NCBI GenBank assembly: GCA_965199825.1
Contig: OZ241329.1
Span: forward strand, 608,001 to 672,000
Direction: 5' to 3'
DNA length: 64,000 nt
DNA from: Bdellovibrionales bacterium
GTDB lineage: Bacteria > Bdellovibrionota > Bdellovibrionia > Bdellovibrionales > UBA1609
The position numbers and the translations under genes are program-made. This document shows, piece after piece, positions 31,325 to 39,937 of the stretch (position 1 is its first letter; each line of letters starts with the position of its first letter). Under the pieces are notes generated by a model, which did no database searches, was not told the DNA's origin, and worked only from the letters and a program-made list of their open reading frames with translations.

Positions 31325-31539
31325 TAAATATCTCCTATTTACTGAGTTAAATATAACATGAGTTTTTTTAAGAGCATTTTTGATGGGGCTCGTCTGGTTG
31401 TGGAGATCAAGTTTTTGCCGAAGTGTTTGGCTTAAGGTGCGTTTGTGAAGTGCATGTGCTTCAAAAAAGAATCGGATGTTTTCAAAAACAAGACCTTGGG
31501 CATTTTAAGCCACCTAAATTTGCGTCAATATTTTTTTTG

Positions 31540-31606
31540 GGCGGGCACGATAATTTGTTTACCTCAGCCGCGGCGGGCACGACAACTTACGAATCGGCGG
31601 GCACGA
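31540..31606 (+). repeat. three direct copies of GGCGGGCACGA
   Basis: Copies at 31540-31550, 31572-31582 and 31596-31606, each followed by an A/T-rich tail. Confidence 0.85.
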
Positions 31607-31656
31607 CAAATTTTAAAGTCGAAGGCGAGGCGCCGATTATAGTGACGGGTCTTGAT

Positions 31657-31671
31657 TGGCAAAGTCCTTGC
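31657..31671 (+). promoter_or_regulatory. sigma54 (-24/-12) promoter candidate
   Basis: TGGCAAAGTCCTTGC has the consensus TGGCA-N6-TTGC spacing; GGAGG RBS and ATG 31698 follow. Confidence 0.65.
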
Positions 31672-31697
31672 GTAGTGGTTCCACTATGGAGGTCAAA

Positions 31698-33038
31698 ATG
31701 ACTTATAAACGAATTTACTTATACTCTCTCTTAACCCTAGGACTCGTGTCCTGTTCCAAAGACAACTCACAGCCCGCTCCTTTTGATTTGGGTCGTCCTC
31801 GAGTCGACGGCGTTTTTCTCAGCGAGGTTAATCAAAGCGATAAGGATGTTAAAATAAATGCACCGATCGTATTTGAAAAAGAGCCTCCAGCGGATACGGT
31901 TGAGATCGAAACACAAAGCTCATGCTTAGGTTCTTCCGGCCAAAAGATTATGGCAAGTCGAAGACAACCATTTTCTCACTTGAGTTTGTATCAGTTGTTA
32001 CCGCCGGAGATCTTCTTTAATGAAAAATATGAAAAACAGAATGGTCAGATTACTATACCTTGTTCCTATATGATTTCTGCACGCGATAAAGCGGGAAGCA
32101 TCTACCGTGTGATTGGTAAAGATCACCATTTATTAGATAAGGGTGAAGGAATTAACTTCAGATTTTTTGACAAAGAAGGAACTAGCTATCTTGTAGATCA
32201 AAAGGAACGAGACATTCCTGCGCCAGGATTTTGGGAAGAAAAAATCTCCAATTTATTTCTTGAATTGGAACCTAGTACGACTGTAGCAAAAGTTTACTGT
32301 GAAGGGTCGAGTGAGAGTACAAACATAGTTCCTCACAACGTTCATTTAACAGATTTGAAATTTCCTAAGGCCGAGGCGCCGAACTTTTATAGTAGGCTAT
32401 GCCGTATCGTAACACTCAATAAGGAAAGTTTTGTAACAGGAGTCTCTCCCTATTTTCGGATTCTTAAATATCAACCTAAAGTTTATCTTAAAACTATTTA
32501 TATCCCGTTGCCGCCTGCACGTTATTATACGGATGGAGTTAGGGCTTCTCCAAATGTTTTGTTTGGAAAATCTATTGTGGAAAATACCTCAAATGTTGAT
32601 GTGAAATTTCAATTAAAGAGATCTGGGATGACGAAAGTTCACGCTTACGATCCAAATTTGAAGTGGCGTGAAGAAGTAGAATTACCCACAGCTTTGGATG
32701 TATTCGATAATGGCTCCTTTATTCCTCCAACAGATGAATATCTTCTTCCCGCAAATTCGAAAAGAGAAGTTCATATTGCATTCGATACTAATGTGACATG
32801 TGTAAACCAAGGAGCCCACAACTTGTTTTTTGACTTTTCTGGCAAATCTGACAAACGAATCGAATTTTTATCCTTAGCCGGAGAGCACCTATTTGAATCA
32901 ACCTTAATTGAGGTAGAAAACTGGACTATTCCAAACGATGTACGAGAAATTCAGCTTTTTAGTAAGCGCGAACCCCTAAAAATTCCATTGAGATCACCAG
33001 CACAATGTTCCGTACTCCACGCCCCCGGCATCCACTAA
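31698..33038 (+). CDS. hypothetical lipoprotein
   Basis: MTYKRIYLYSLLTLGLVSC lipobox, GGAGG RBS; AT-rich codon style unlike neighbours. Confidence 0.78.
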   Translation: MTYKRIYLYSLLTLGLVSCSKDNSQPAPFDLGRPRVDGVFLSEVNQSDKDVKINAPIVFEKEPPADTVEIETQSSCLGSSGQKIMASRRQPFSHLSLYQLLPPEIFFNEKYEKQNGQITIPCSYMISARDKAGSIYRVIGKDHHLLDKGEGINFRFFDKEGTSYLVDQKERDIPAPGFWEEKISNLFLELEPSTTVAKVYCEGSSESTNIVPHNVHLTDLKFPKAEAPNFYSRLCRIVTLNKESFVTGVSPYFRILKYQPKVYLKTIYIPLPPARYYTDGVRASPNVLFGKSIVENTSNVDVKFQLKRSGMTKVHAYDPNLKWREEVELPTALDVFDNGSFIPPTDEYLLPANSKREVHIAFDTNVTCVNQGAHNLFFDFSGKSDKRIEFLSLAGEHLFESTLIEVENWTIPNDVREIQLFSKREPLKIPLRSPAQCSVLHAPGIH

Positions 33039-33721
33039 TCCCTGCGCAAAAGCGCATAGTGAATGGGTAAACCCTGTCTCATAAACAAACTTTCGAAGTG
33101 GGTCGCAAATTGTGCGACTCCACTTTTGTGCAAATCAAAAGTTTGAAATTCCATTTTATAACTTGAGCGTGCAAAACAAATTAAAGCCCAGTCGAAATAA
33201 TCGCGGCTGTCGGTTTTAAATTCCAATTCATTTCCGGGACGCTGAACTTCAAATAATCGCGCCAAAAAATGATCTTGAATCAAGCGATGCTTTTGGGTGC
33301 GCAAGCGCTCCCAGGGATCGGGAAAATGAATCATCACTCGGTTGAGTTCGCCGCGACCAAAAATATCGTGGAGTTGAACTGCATTGTATCTTGCGATGCG
33401 GGCGTTGGTGCTGCCGTTTCTGATGCAGCGTCGTATGGATTGGATCAGCGGTTTGTACTTTAATTCTAAGCCGACCAGCGATCGCTCGGGATGAAGTGCC
33501 GCGTAGTGGGCGAAGTGAAGTCCGTTGCCTGTGCCGATTTCAAGATCAAGCGGCGCATCTGCAGCAACTCCAAAATGCTCACGCCAATGATTTTTGAATT
33601 CGATGACCCGTTCTTCGTCAAAAGCCCAGGGCGAAAATTCATTTTGCAAAGCAAGGATGTACGAGTTAGGTCGTAAGATACTACGGGTTTTTGAAATCTG
33701 AAGCTGGGCCCCTTTTGACAT
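33035..33721 (-). CDS. trmB: tRNA (guanine-N7)-methyltransferase
   Basis: LEIGTGNG, HFPDPW, KHRLI, KTD, THFE. Confidence 0.93.
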   Translation of the reverse strand: MSKGAQLQISKTRSILRPNSYILALQNEFSPWAFDEERVIEFKNHWREHFGVAADAPLDLEIGTGNGLHFAHYAALHPERSLVGLELKYKPLIQSIRRCIRNGSTNARIARYNAVQLHDIFGRGELNRVMIHFPDPWERLRTQKHRLIQDHFLARLFEVQRPGNELEFKTDSRDYFDWALICFARSSYKMEFQTFDLHKSGVAQFATHFESLFMRQGLPIHYALLRRD

Positions 33722-33795
33722 CGGGTCGGTATAAGTGATCAGACCGTTAATAGCAACTAACTCAAAATTTATTCAAACGAACAAAGGCCATCTTT

Positions 33796-35430
33796 ATGAA
33801 AAAATTGATCCTCATTTTTGTTTATTCATCGTTTGCATTTGCGGTCCCATTTGAGGGTCAAAAAATGTTGGTAGCGGCTCCCAGTCCCTATGCAGTCACT
33901 ACCGCCGAAAAAATAATTAGTAAAGGTGGCAACGTTGTCGACGTGGCGGTCGCAATGGGTCTGACCTTAAGTGTGACCTCGCCTTATTTTGCAGCGCTCG
34001 GGGGCGGAGGCTTAGCCCTTGTGCGGATCAACAATCAAACTGTTGCCATCGATTTTCGCGAAGTTGCTCCGCTCACTATGGGTGAAAATAGTTTTAAAGA
34101 AGCCCCACAAGGAGCCTCGCGCGTGGGTGGCTTAGCGGTGGGAGTGCCTGGATTTCCTGCGGGCCTCTATGAGATCCATCACAAGTATGGAAAATTAAAA
34201 TGGGCGGCTTTGTTTGAAGATGCTCTCCAACTTTCGAGCAAAGGTTTTTATGTTTCTGGCGAATGGGTGCGCAACACCGCAAGTGAATTTGATCATTTTA
34301 CCGACACCGCTAAAAAAATATTTTTTAAAAATAATAAATCCTACGGCCCGCGTGAACTGTTCGTTCAAAAAAATCTTCATCAAGCTTTGCTCAAATTTAA
34401 AACTGGCGGGATGAAGGCGTTTTACGAGGGCGAAGTTGCAAAAGATATTGTTGATTCGATTCATAAAGCCAATGGCAAGATGACTCTTGAGGATCTTAAA
34501 AAATACAAAGTCGAGTGGCTTGAGCCAATGAAAACCACTTTGAATGATCATCAAATATACACCATGCCTCCACCAAGCAGCGGCGGAGTTGTGATCCAAA
34601 CCGCACTCAAACTTGTCAATCAATTGGATCTCGAAAAAACTCCACCATTGAGCGTGGATGAGTATCATTTGTTAGGCGAAGTTCTCTCGCGCAGTTTTAG
34701 AGGCCGATCGCTTCTTGGCGATCCAAACTATGTTAAAAATCCGCTCGATATGCTGCTCTCCAAAGATTATATCGACAAGTTGGTCAAATCGATTAGCCGC
34801 ACTAAGGCTCAAGACATGGAGCCCTTGAGTGAAGAAAATCTCGAAGAGCCCACTGAGACCACTCATTACTCGGTGCTTGATAAAGAGGGCAATGCGGTCT
34901 CACTTACGGTGACACTCAATGGAGATTACGGCTCAGGAGTGGTCAGCGAAAAATTTGGAATTGCCCTCAATAATGAGATGGATGATTTTATGACGCATCC
35001 TAAAGAGCCAAACATGTTTGGTTTAATTCAAGGTCGCGCCAATCGGGTTCAAGGCGGAAAGCGCCCGCTGTCTTCGATGTCTCCAACCCTGGCCGAAAAA
35101 GATGGTAAAATTGTTTTGGCTCTTGGAGCACCTGGGGGCCCACGAATTATCAGCGGTGTGTTTCAGGTTCTTTATCGCGTGCTGACTCGTGGACTAAATA
35201 TCGACCAAGCCATTCAAAGCCCAAGAATCCATCAACAGTTTTTGCCCCGAAAACTTTTTGTTGAGCGCAATCGATTTTCGCCAGAGATGATCGCAAGCCT
35301 CAGAAAAATGGGACACACCGTAGAAGACACGCCCTGGGTTGCGCGTGTGAATGGTGTAAGACTTAACGACAAAGGATTTTTGGAAGCCGGATTTGATTCG
35401 CGCGGTGAAGGTGCGGCCGGAGGGTTTTAG
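33796..35430 (+). CDS. ggt: gamma-glutamyltransferase
   Basis: IDFREVAP, ETTHYS nucleophile, NNEMDDF, RPLSSMSPT, GAPGG. Confidence 0.96.
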   Translation: MKKLILIFVYSSFAFAVPFEGQKMLVAAPSPYAVTTAEKIISKGGNVVDVAVAMGLTLSVTSPYFAALGGGGLALVRINNQTVAIDFREVAPLTMGENSFKEAPQGASRVGGLAVGVPGFPAGLYEIHHKYGKLKWAALFEDALQLSSKGFYVSGEWVRNTASEFDHFTDTAKKIFFKNNKSYGPRELFVQKNLHQALLKFKTGGMKAFYEGEVAKDIVDSIHKANGKMTLEDLKKYKVEWLEPMKTTLNDHQIYTMPPPSSGGVVIQTALKLVNQLDLEKTPPLSVDEYHLLGEVLSRSFRGRSLLGDPNYVKNPLDMLLSKDYIDKLVKSISRTKAQDMEPLSEENLEEPTETTHYSVLDKEGNAVSLTVTLNGDYGSGVVSEKFGIALNNEMDDFMTHPKEPNMFGLIQGRANRVQGGKRPLSSMSPTLAEKDGKIVLALGAPGGPRIISGVFQVLYRVLTRGLNIDQAIQSPRIHQQFLPRKLFVERNRFSPEMIASLRKMGHTVEDTPWVARVNGVRLNDKGFLEAGFDSRGEGAAGGF

Positions 35431-36446
35431 TTTACAAACTCATCGGGCTCGTCGGTGGATCGCACTTGATCTAAAGACACATCCAATTTTTTTTCAAACA
35501 CGGCTTGTCGAACCGGACAGTTTACCAAATCGCAAGCCCTGCAATAAGCCCTTCGGCAGGGATCAAAATGATAATTCATTTCTCCGCCGTAGGGGTAGGA
35601 TTCGATCACCTTTTTTTCGAACTGGGTGATGCGATCACTTGCTTGCAACACCGTCCAAAATTCTGGCAGCACAATATGAGCATCGATGTGATGATACCAA
35701 CCCGACCGAATCACTTTCACATGATGAATTTGAATAATGCCTTCGCGCGACTCACGATTAAAAACCAAAACCAAATCATCAAGAACCGAAACATCTTCTT
35801 CATCCATCAGGCCGCGTGCCGACTCTCGCACAAGTAAATAACCCGAGTAGGCCAAAACCAAACCCATCACCACCGCAATTGCCGAATCCAACCACAAGAT
35901 TCCGGTCATTCGGATTAAAACAATTCCGAGAGCAACACCCGCACTCGTCCAAAAATCAGAAACCACATGATGACCACTTGCTCTTAAAGCTACAGATGCA
36001 TGCGAGCGGCCTAAACGAATCAGATAGATGCCCAAAAATAGATTGCACACCCCTGTGAGGACCACAACCAAAACACCCAAATCCAAATTGCCGATGGGCT
36101 CGGGATTAAGATAGGTTTTGACCGCCTCAACCATAATCCAAATTGCGGCAAAGGTGATGAGGCTTCCCTCAAAGGCTGAGGAAAAGTATTCGATTTTTCC
36201 GTGTCCATAAGGATGATCTCGGTCAGCGGGCTTAGCCGAAAAGGTGACAACCACAAGTGCCAAAAGACTTGCGACAACATTGACCACACTCTCAACCGCA
36301 TCCGACAAAACCGCTTGAGAGTTGGTTCTTGAATAGGCCCAAAATTTTGCGAGAAGTAAAAGAACAGAGAGCAAAACAGATAAGGCGGCCGCATACTGTC
36401 GAGTGCGCTTTTCTTTATCTGTTAAAATACCGCCTTCGATTGCCAT
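35427..36446 (-). CDS. cation diffusion facilitator family transporter
   Basis: SDAVES, PADRDHPYGHGKIEY, HVVSD; Cys-rich tail. Confidence 0.93.
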   Translation of the reverse strand: MAIEGGILTDKEKRTRQYAAALSVLLSVLLLLAKFWAYSRTNSQAVLSDAVESVVNVVASLLALVVVTFSAKPADRDHPYGHGKIEYFSSAFEGSLITFAAIWIMVEAVKTYLNPEPIGNLDLGVLVVVLTGVCNLFLGIYLIRLGRSHASVALRASGHHVVSDFWTSAGVALGIVLIRMTGILWLDSAIAVVMGLVLAYSGYLLVRESARGLMDEEDVSVLDDLVLVFNRESREGIIQIHHVKVIRSGWYHHIDAHIVLPEFWTVLQASDRITQFEKKVIESYPYGGEMNYHFDPCRRAYCRACDLVNCPVRQAVFEKKLDVSLDQVRSTDEPDEFVN

Positions 36447-36462
36447 GCGGTATTAAAGCAAG

Positions 36463-37425
36463 TTAGGCGAGTTTTCTCAAGGAAATGGGTTGGGCATCGG
36501 TATATTCATATTCGACCACTCGATTTCGCCCCTGCTCCTTGGCCTTATACAGACCGCGGTCGGCAAAACGCACAAGTGATCGCGAATTGATTTCAGAAGC
36601 CCCTTTTTTAACCGAAAATCCAAAGCTCGCGGTCAGTTTAATCGCATGGATGTCATTTTCAAAAACACATTTGGATATGAGACCTCGCAAGCGCTCAGCA
36701 AAAACCATTGCTCCAGCAGAATCCATATCGGTGAGCACAATCAAAAACTCATCGCCGCCATAACGGGCGGCAAAATCGGTCTTTCGCATATTTTCGCGAA
36801 TGATTTTTCCAACTTGCGAAAGCACATAGCTTCCAAACAAATGATCATGGCGATCGTTACACTGCTTAAAATGATCCATGTCCATCATCAGTACGCAAAG
36901 CGAGCCCTTATGTCGGCGCGATCTTTCTAACTCAAAATCAAGTTTTTTATAAAGCGAGCGCATGTTGAAAAGTCCGGTGAGATCATCGATATCCACAAGT
37001 TCTTTTAATCTCTCGTTGGCCTTTCGCAGGTCATCGTGAAGATCTTTGATTCTTAATTGCGACCTAACTCTCGACAACAATTCCAAAACATCAAAGGGCT
37101 TGCACAAATAATCATCGGCACCCGCATCAAGTCCACGCACCACATCTTCGGGCTTTGACTTTGCGGTTAAGAAAATTACCGAGACGTAATCATGCTTTGT
37201 TCTTAAGAGCTGAAGAGTTTCTAGGCCACTTAAACCCGGCATGCTCACATCAAGCAAAACCAAATGGGGCGAGCCCTTACTCATGCACTCAAGAGCTTTT
37301 TGACCGCTGTCAGCGGTTGAGACATTGTAGCCTTCATACTCCAACGCACGCACCACTATCTTTACAAGCTGTGGATCATCATCAACTACCAAGATCCGCC
37401 GCTTTTGATTCTCGAGATTTGCCAT
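36463..37425 (-). CDS. REC-GGDEF diguanylate cyclase (WspR/PleD-like)
   Basis: Receiver domain, DDLTGLFN, RKTD I-site, RYGGDEF; start ATG 37425. Confidence 0.94.
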   Translation of the reverse strand: MANLENQKRRILVVDDDPQLVKIVVRALEYEGYNVSTADSGQKALECMSKGSPHLVLLDVSMPGLSGLETLQLLRTKHDYVSVIFLTAKSKPEDVVRGLDAGADDYLCKPFDVLELLSRVRSQLRIKDLHDDLRKANERLKELVDIDDLTGLFNMRSLYKKLDFELERSRRHKGSLCVLMMDMDHFKQCNDRHDHLFGSYVLSQVGKIIRENMRKTDFAARYGGDEFLIVLTDMDSAGAMVFAERLRGLISKCVFENDIHAIKLTASFGFSVKKGASEINSRSLVRFADRGLYKAKEQGRNRVVEYEYTDAQPISLRKLA

Positions 37426-37529
37426 ATTATTAAGTGTAGCAAAATAGTGATTATAAAAAATGAACTTAACCAAATTTGAGGCCGAAGTCGGGTTTGACTC
37501 TCATGTTGATAGAGACTATTCCCCGCTGA

Positions 37530-39923
37530 ATGTCTTATATTCACTCTACGATCGAAGAAAAATGGCAAAAGGCTTGGGACGAAGGACGATGTTTTCAAGC
37601 GGCCCCTACCGACTCACATCGACCTAAGTATTATGCGCTCGACATGTTTCCTTATCCCTCTGGTGCGGGTCTACATGTTGGTCATCTTGCTTCTTACACA
37701 CCGACCGATATTATCTCGCGCTACAAACGGACACGCGGCTTTAATGTTCTTCATCCCATGGGCTATGATGCTTTTGGTTTACCTGCCGAGCAGTATGCGA
37801 TTCAAACCGGAATTCATCCTGCGGTCACCACAGCAAAAGCGATCACAAACTTTCGCAGGCAGCTTAAATCATTTGGGTTTAGTTTTGACTGGAGCCGCGA
37901 AATCTCAACTGCCGAACCCAACTTTTACAAATGGACGCAGTGGATTTTTTTGCAGCTCTTTAACAGAGGCCTAGCTTATCAAAAAGAAGTTCCGGTTAAC
38001 TGGTGCCCCGCACTTCGCACCGTTTTGGCGAACGAAGAAATTGTTGATGGCAAAAGTGAACGCGGCGGACATCCCATTATCAGAATGCCAATGAAACAAT
38101 GGGTGCTCAACATCACCTCTTATGCCGAGCGTTTGATTTCAGATTTAGATTTGGTCGACTGGCCCGAGCGCACCAAAGAAGGTCAACGCAACTGGATTGG
38201 CAAAAGCATTGGTGCAAAAGTTCGATTCACAATCGAGGGTGAGTCGGTTGATGTTTTCACCACCCGCCCCGACACTCTTTTTGGTGCAACTTTTATGGTG
38301 CTCGCACCTGAGCACCCCTTGGTCCAAAGACTTGTTACGAGTGACACAAAAAAAACGGTTGAAGATTATATTCAAAAAACTTCGGCCCGCAGTGAGGTTG
38401 ATCGAAAGTCAGACCCTGGAAAAACCGGCGTGTTCACCGGTGGGCACGCTATTCATCCTCTCACAAATCAAAAAATTCCTGTTTGGATTGCCGACTATGT
38501 TTTGATGGACTACGGAACCGGCGCCATCATGGCGGTTCCTGGACATGACGAACGCGATTTTGAATTTGCCGAAAAGTTTTCGCTTCCGATTATTCGGGTT
38601 GTTGAGAGCGATCATGCTTTGCCATTTGTTGGCGAAGGCAAAATGGTCAATTCCGAATTTTTAAATGGCCTCACAAAAACCGAAGCTATCGAAAAAATGA
38701 TCGAGCATCTTGAAAATAAAAAACTTGGTCAAAAGCAAGTTCAGTATAAGATCAGAGATTGGCTCTTTAGCCGACAGCGCTATTGGGGCGAGCCTTTTCC
38801 GATTGTGCACATGAGCGATGGCACCCTCAAAGGTGTACCCGAAAATGAGTTGCCTGTGTTGTTGCCCGAGGTTGCCGACTACGAACCCACCGAAAAAGGT
38901 GAGCCGCCATTGGCGCGGGTTAAAGAATTTGTTGAGTACAGCTCATCCGATTTTAAAGGAAAGCGCGACACCGACACGATGCCGGGCACCGCAGGTTCAT
39001 CTTGGTATTTTTTAAGATTCACCGATCCCCACAATCAAGATGCGGCGTTTAGTTTTGAGGCTCAAAAGTATTGGATGCCGGTTGATCTTTATGTGGGCGG
39101 TACCGAGCACACGGTCAGTCACCTGCTCTACTCCAGATTTTGGCATAAAGTTTTGTTTGATGCAGGTCTTGTGAGTTGTCCAGAGCCTTACCAAAAGTTG
39201 GCGCATCAAGGTGTGGTGCTTGGTCCAGATGGTCAACGGATGTCGAAGTCTCGCGGCAATGTGATCAACAACGATGAGGTGCGCGAAAAATACGGTGCCG
39301 ATGCGGCCAGGATTTATATTAGTTTCCTTGGGCCATTTGAAAAAGACAAACCTTGGTCGTCCTCTGGGATCGAAGGAGTCAAAAGATTTCTCGATCGAAT
39401 TTGGCGCTCGGTGGTCGACGAAAACAACAATCTGATTGTCACAGACGAGGCTCCTCCCGAGGAGCTTCAACGTGTTCTTCATAAGACAATTAAGAAGGTC
39501 GAAGACGACATCGAGTCGATGAGTTTCAACACGGCCATTAGCAGCATGATGATTTTGGTGAATGAAATTTACCGCCTCAATGTTCGACCGCGCGAGGTGC
39601 TAAAAACTCTTTGCCAACTTTTGATGCCCTTTGCACCGCATATTGCAGAGGAAATTTGGCAGAAACTGGGCGGGTCTGGATTCGTAAGTCTTGCACCCTG
39701 GCCAAAATATGATCAGACTTTGATTTTCGATGACGAAGTCGAAATGGGAGTTCAAGTTAATGGCAAAATGCGAGGGACCATAAAATTAAAAAATGATGCA
39801 GACGAAGAGGCTGCGGTCAAAAAAGCGCTTGAGCTCACAACGGTAACCCAAGCTCTTCAAGAAAAACCCATAACAAAAATTATTTATAAACACGGGAAGA
39901 TTTTAAACTTAATTGCAAAGTGA
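37530..39923 (+). CDS. leuS: leucine--tRNA ligase
   Basis: MFPYPSGAGLHVGH, GTGAIMAVP, SRQRYWG, RMSKS. Confidence 0.98.
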   Translation: MSYIHSTIEEKWQKAWDEGRCFQAAPTDSHRPKYYALDMFPYPSGAGLHVGHLASYTPTDIISRYKRTRGFNVLHPMGYDAFGLPAEQYAIQTGIHPAVTTAKAITNFRRQLKSFGFSFDWSREISTAEPNFYKWTQWIFLQLFNRGLAYQKEVPVNWCPALRTVLANEEIVDGKSERGGHPIIRMPMKQWVLNITSYAERLISDLDLVDWPERTKEGQRNWIGKSIGAKVRFTIEGESVDVFTTRPDTLFGATFMVLAPEHPLVQRLVTSDTKKTVEDYIQKTSARSEVDRKSDPGKTGVFTGGHAIHPLTNQKIPVWIADYVLMDYGTGAIMAVPGHDERDFEFAEKFSLPIIRVVESDHALPFVGEGKMVNSEFLNGLTKTEAIEKMIEHLENKKLGQKQVQYKIRDWLFSRQRYWGEPFPIVHMSDGTLKGVPENELPVLLPEVADYEPTEKGEPPLARVKEFVEYSSSDFKGKRDTDTMPGTAGSSWYFLRFTDPHNQDAAFSFEAQKYWMPVDLYVGGTEHTVSHLLYSRFWHKVLFDAGLVSCPEPYQKLAHQGVVLGPDGQRMSKSRGNVINNDEVREKYGADAARIYISFLGPFEKDKPWSSSGIEGVKRFLDRIWRSVVDENNNLIVTDEAPPEELQRVLHKTIKKVEDDIESMSFNTAISSMMILVNEIYRLNVRPREVLKTLCQLLMPFAPHIAEEIWQKLGGSGFVSLAPWPKYDQTLIFDDEVEMGVQVNGKMRGTIKLKNDADEEAAVKKALELTTVTQALQEKPITKIIYKHGKILNLIAK

Positions 39924-39937
39924 GGAACACAATAATA

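Noticed and set aside
31540..31606. Mini-CRISPR interpretation of the three direct repeats
   Set aside because: Repeats are only 11-14 bp with unequal 21- and 13-nt gaps, and there are no cas genes.
31423..31701. 92-aa ORF across the repeat triplet
   Set aside because: No RBS; its AGT repeats simply reflect the DNA motif; it overlaps the sigma54 box.
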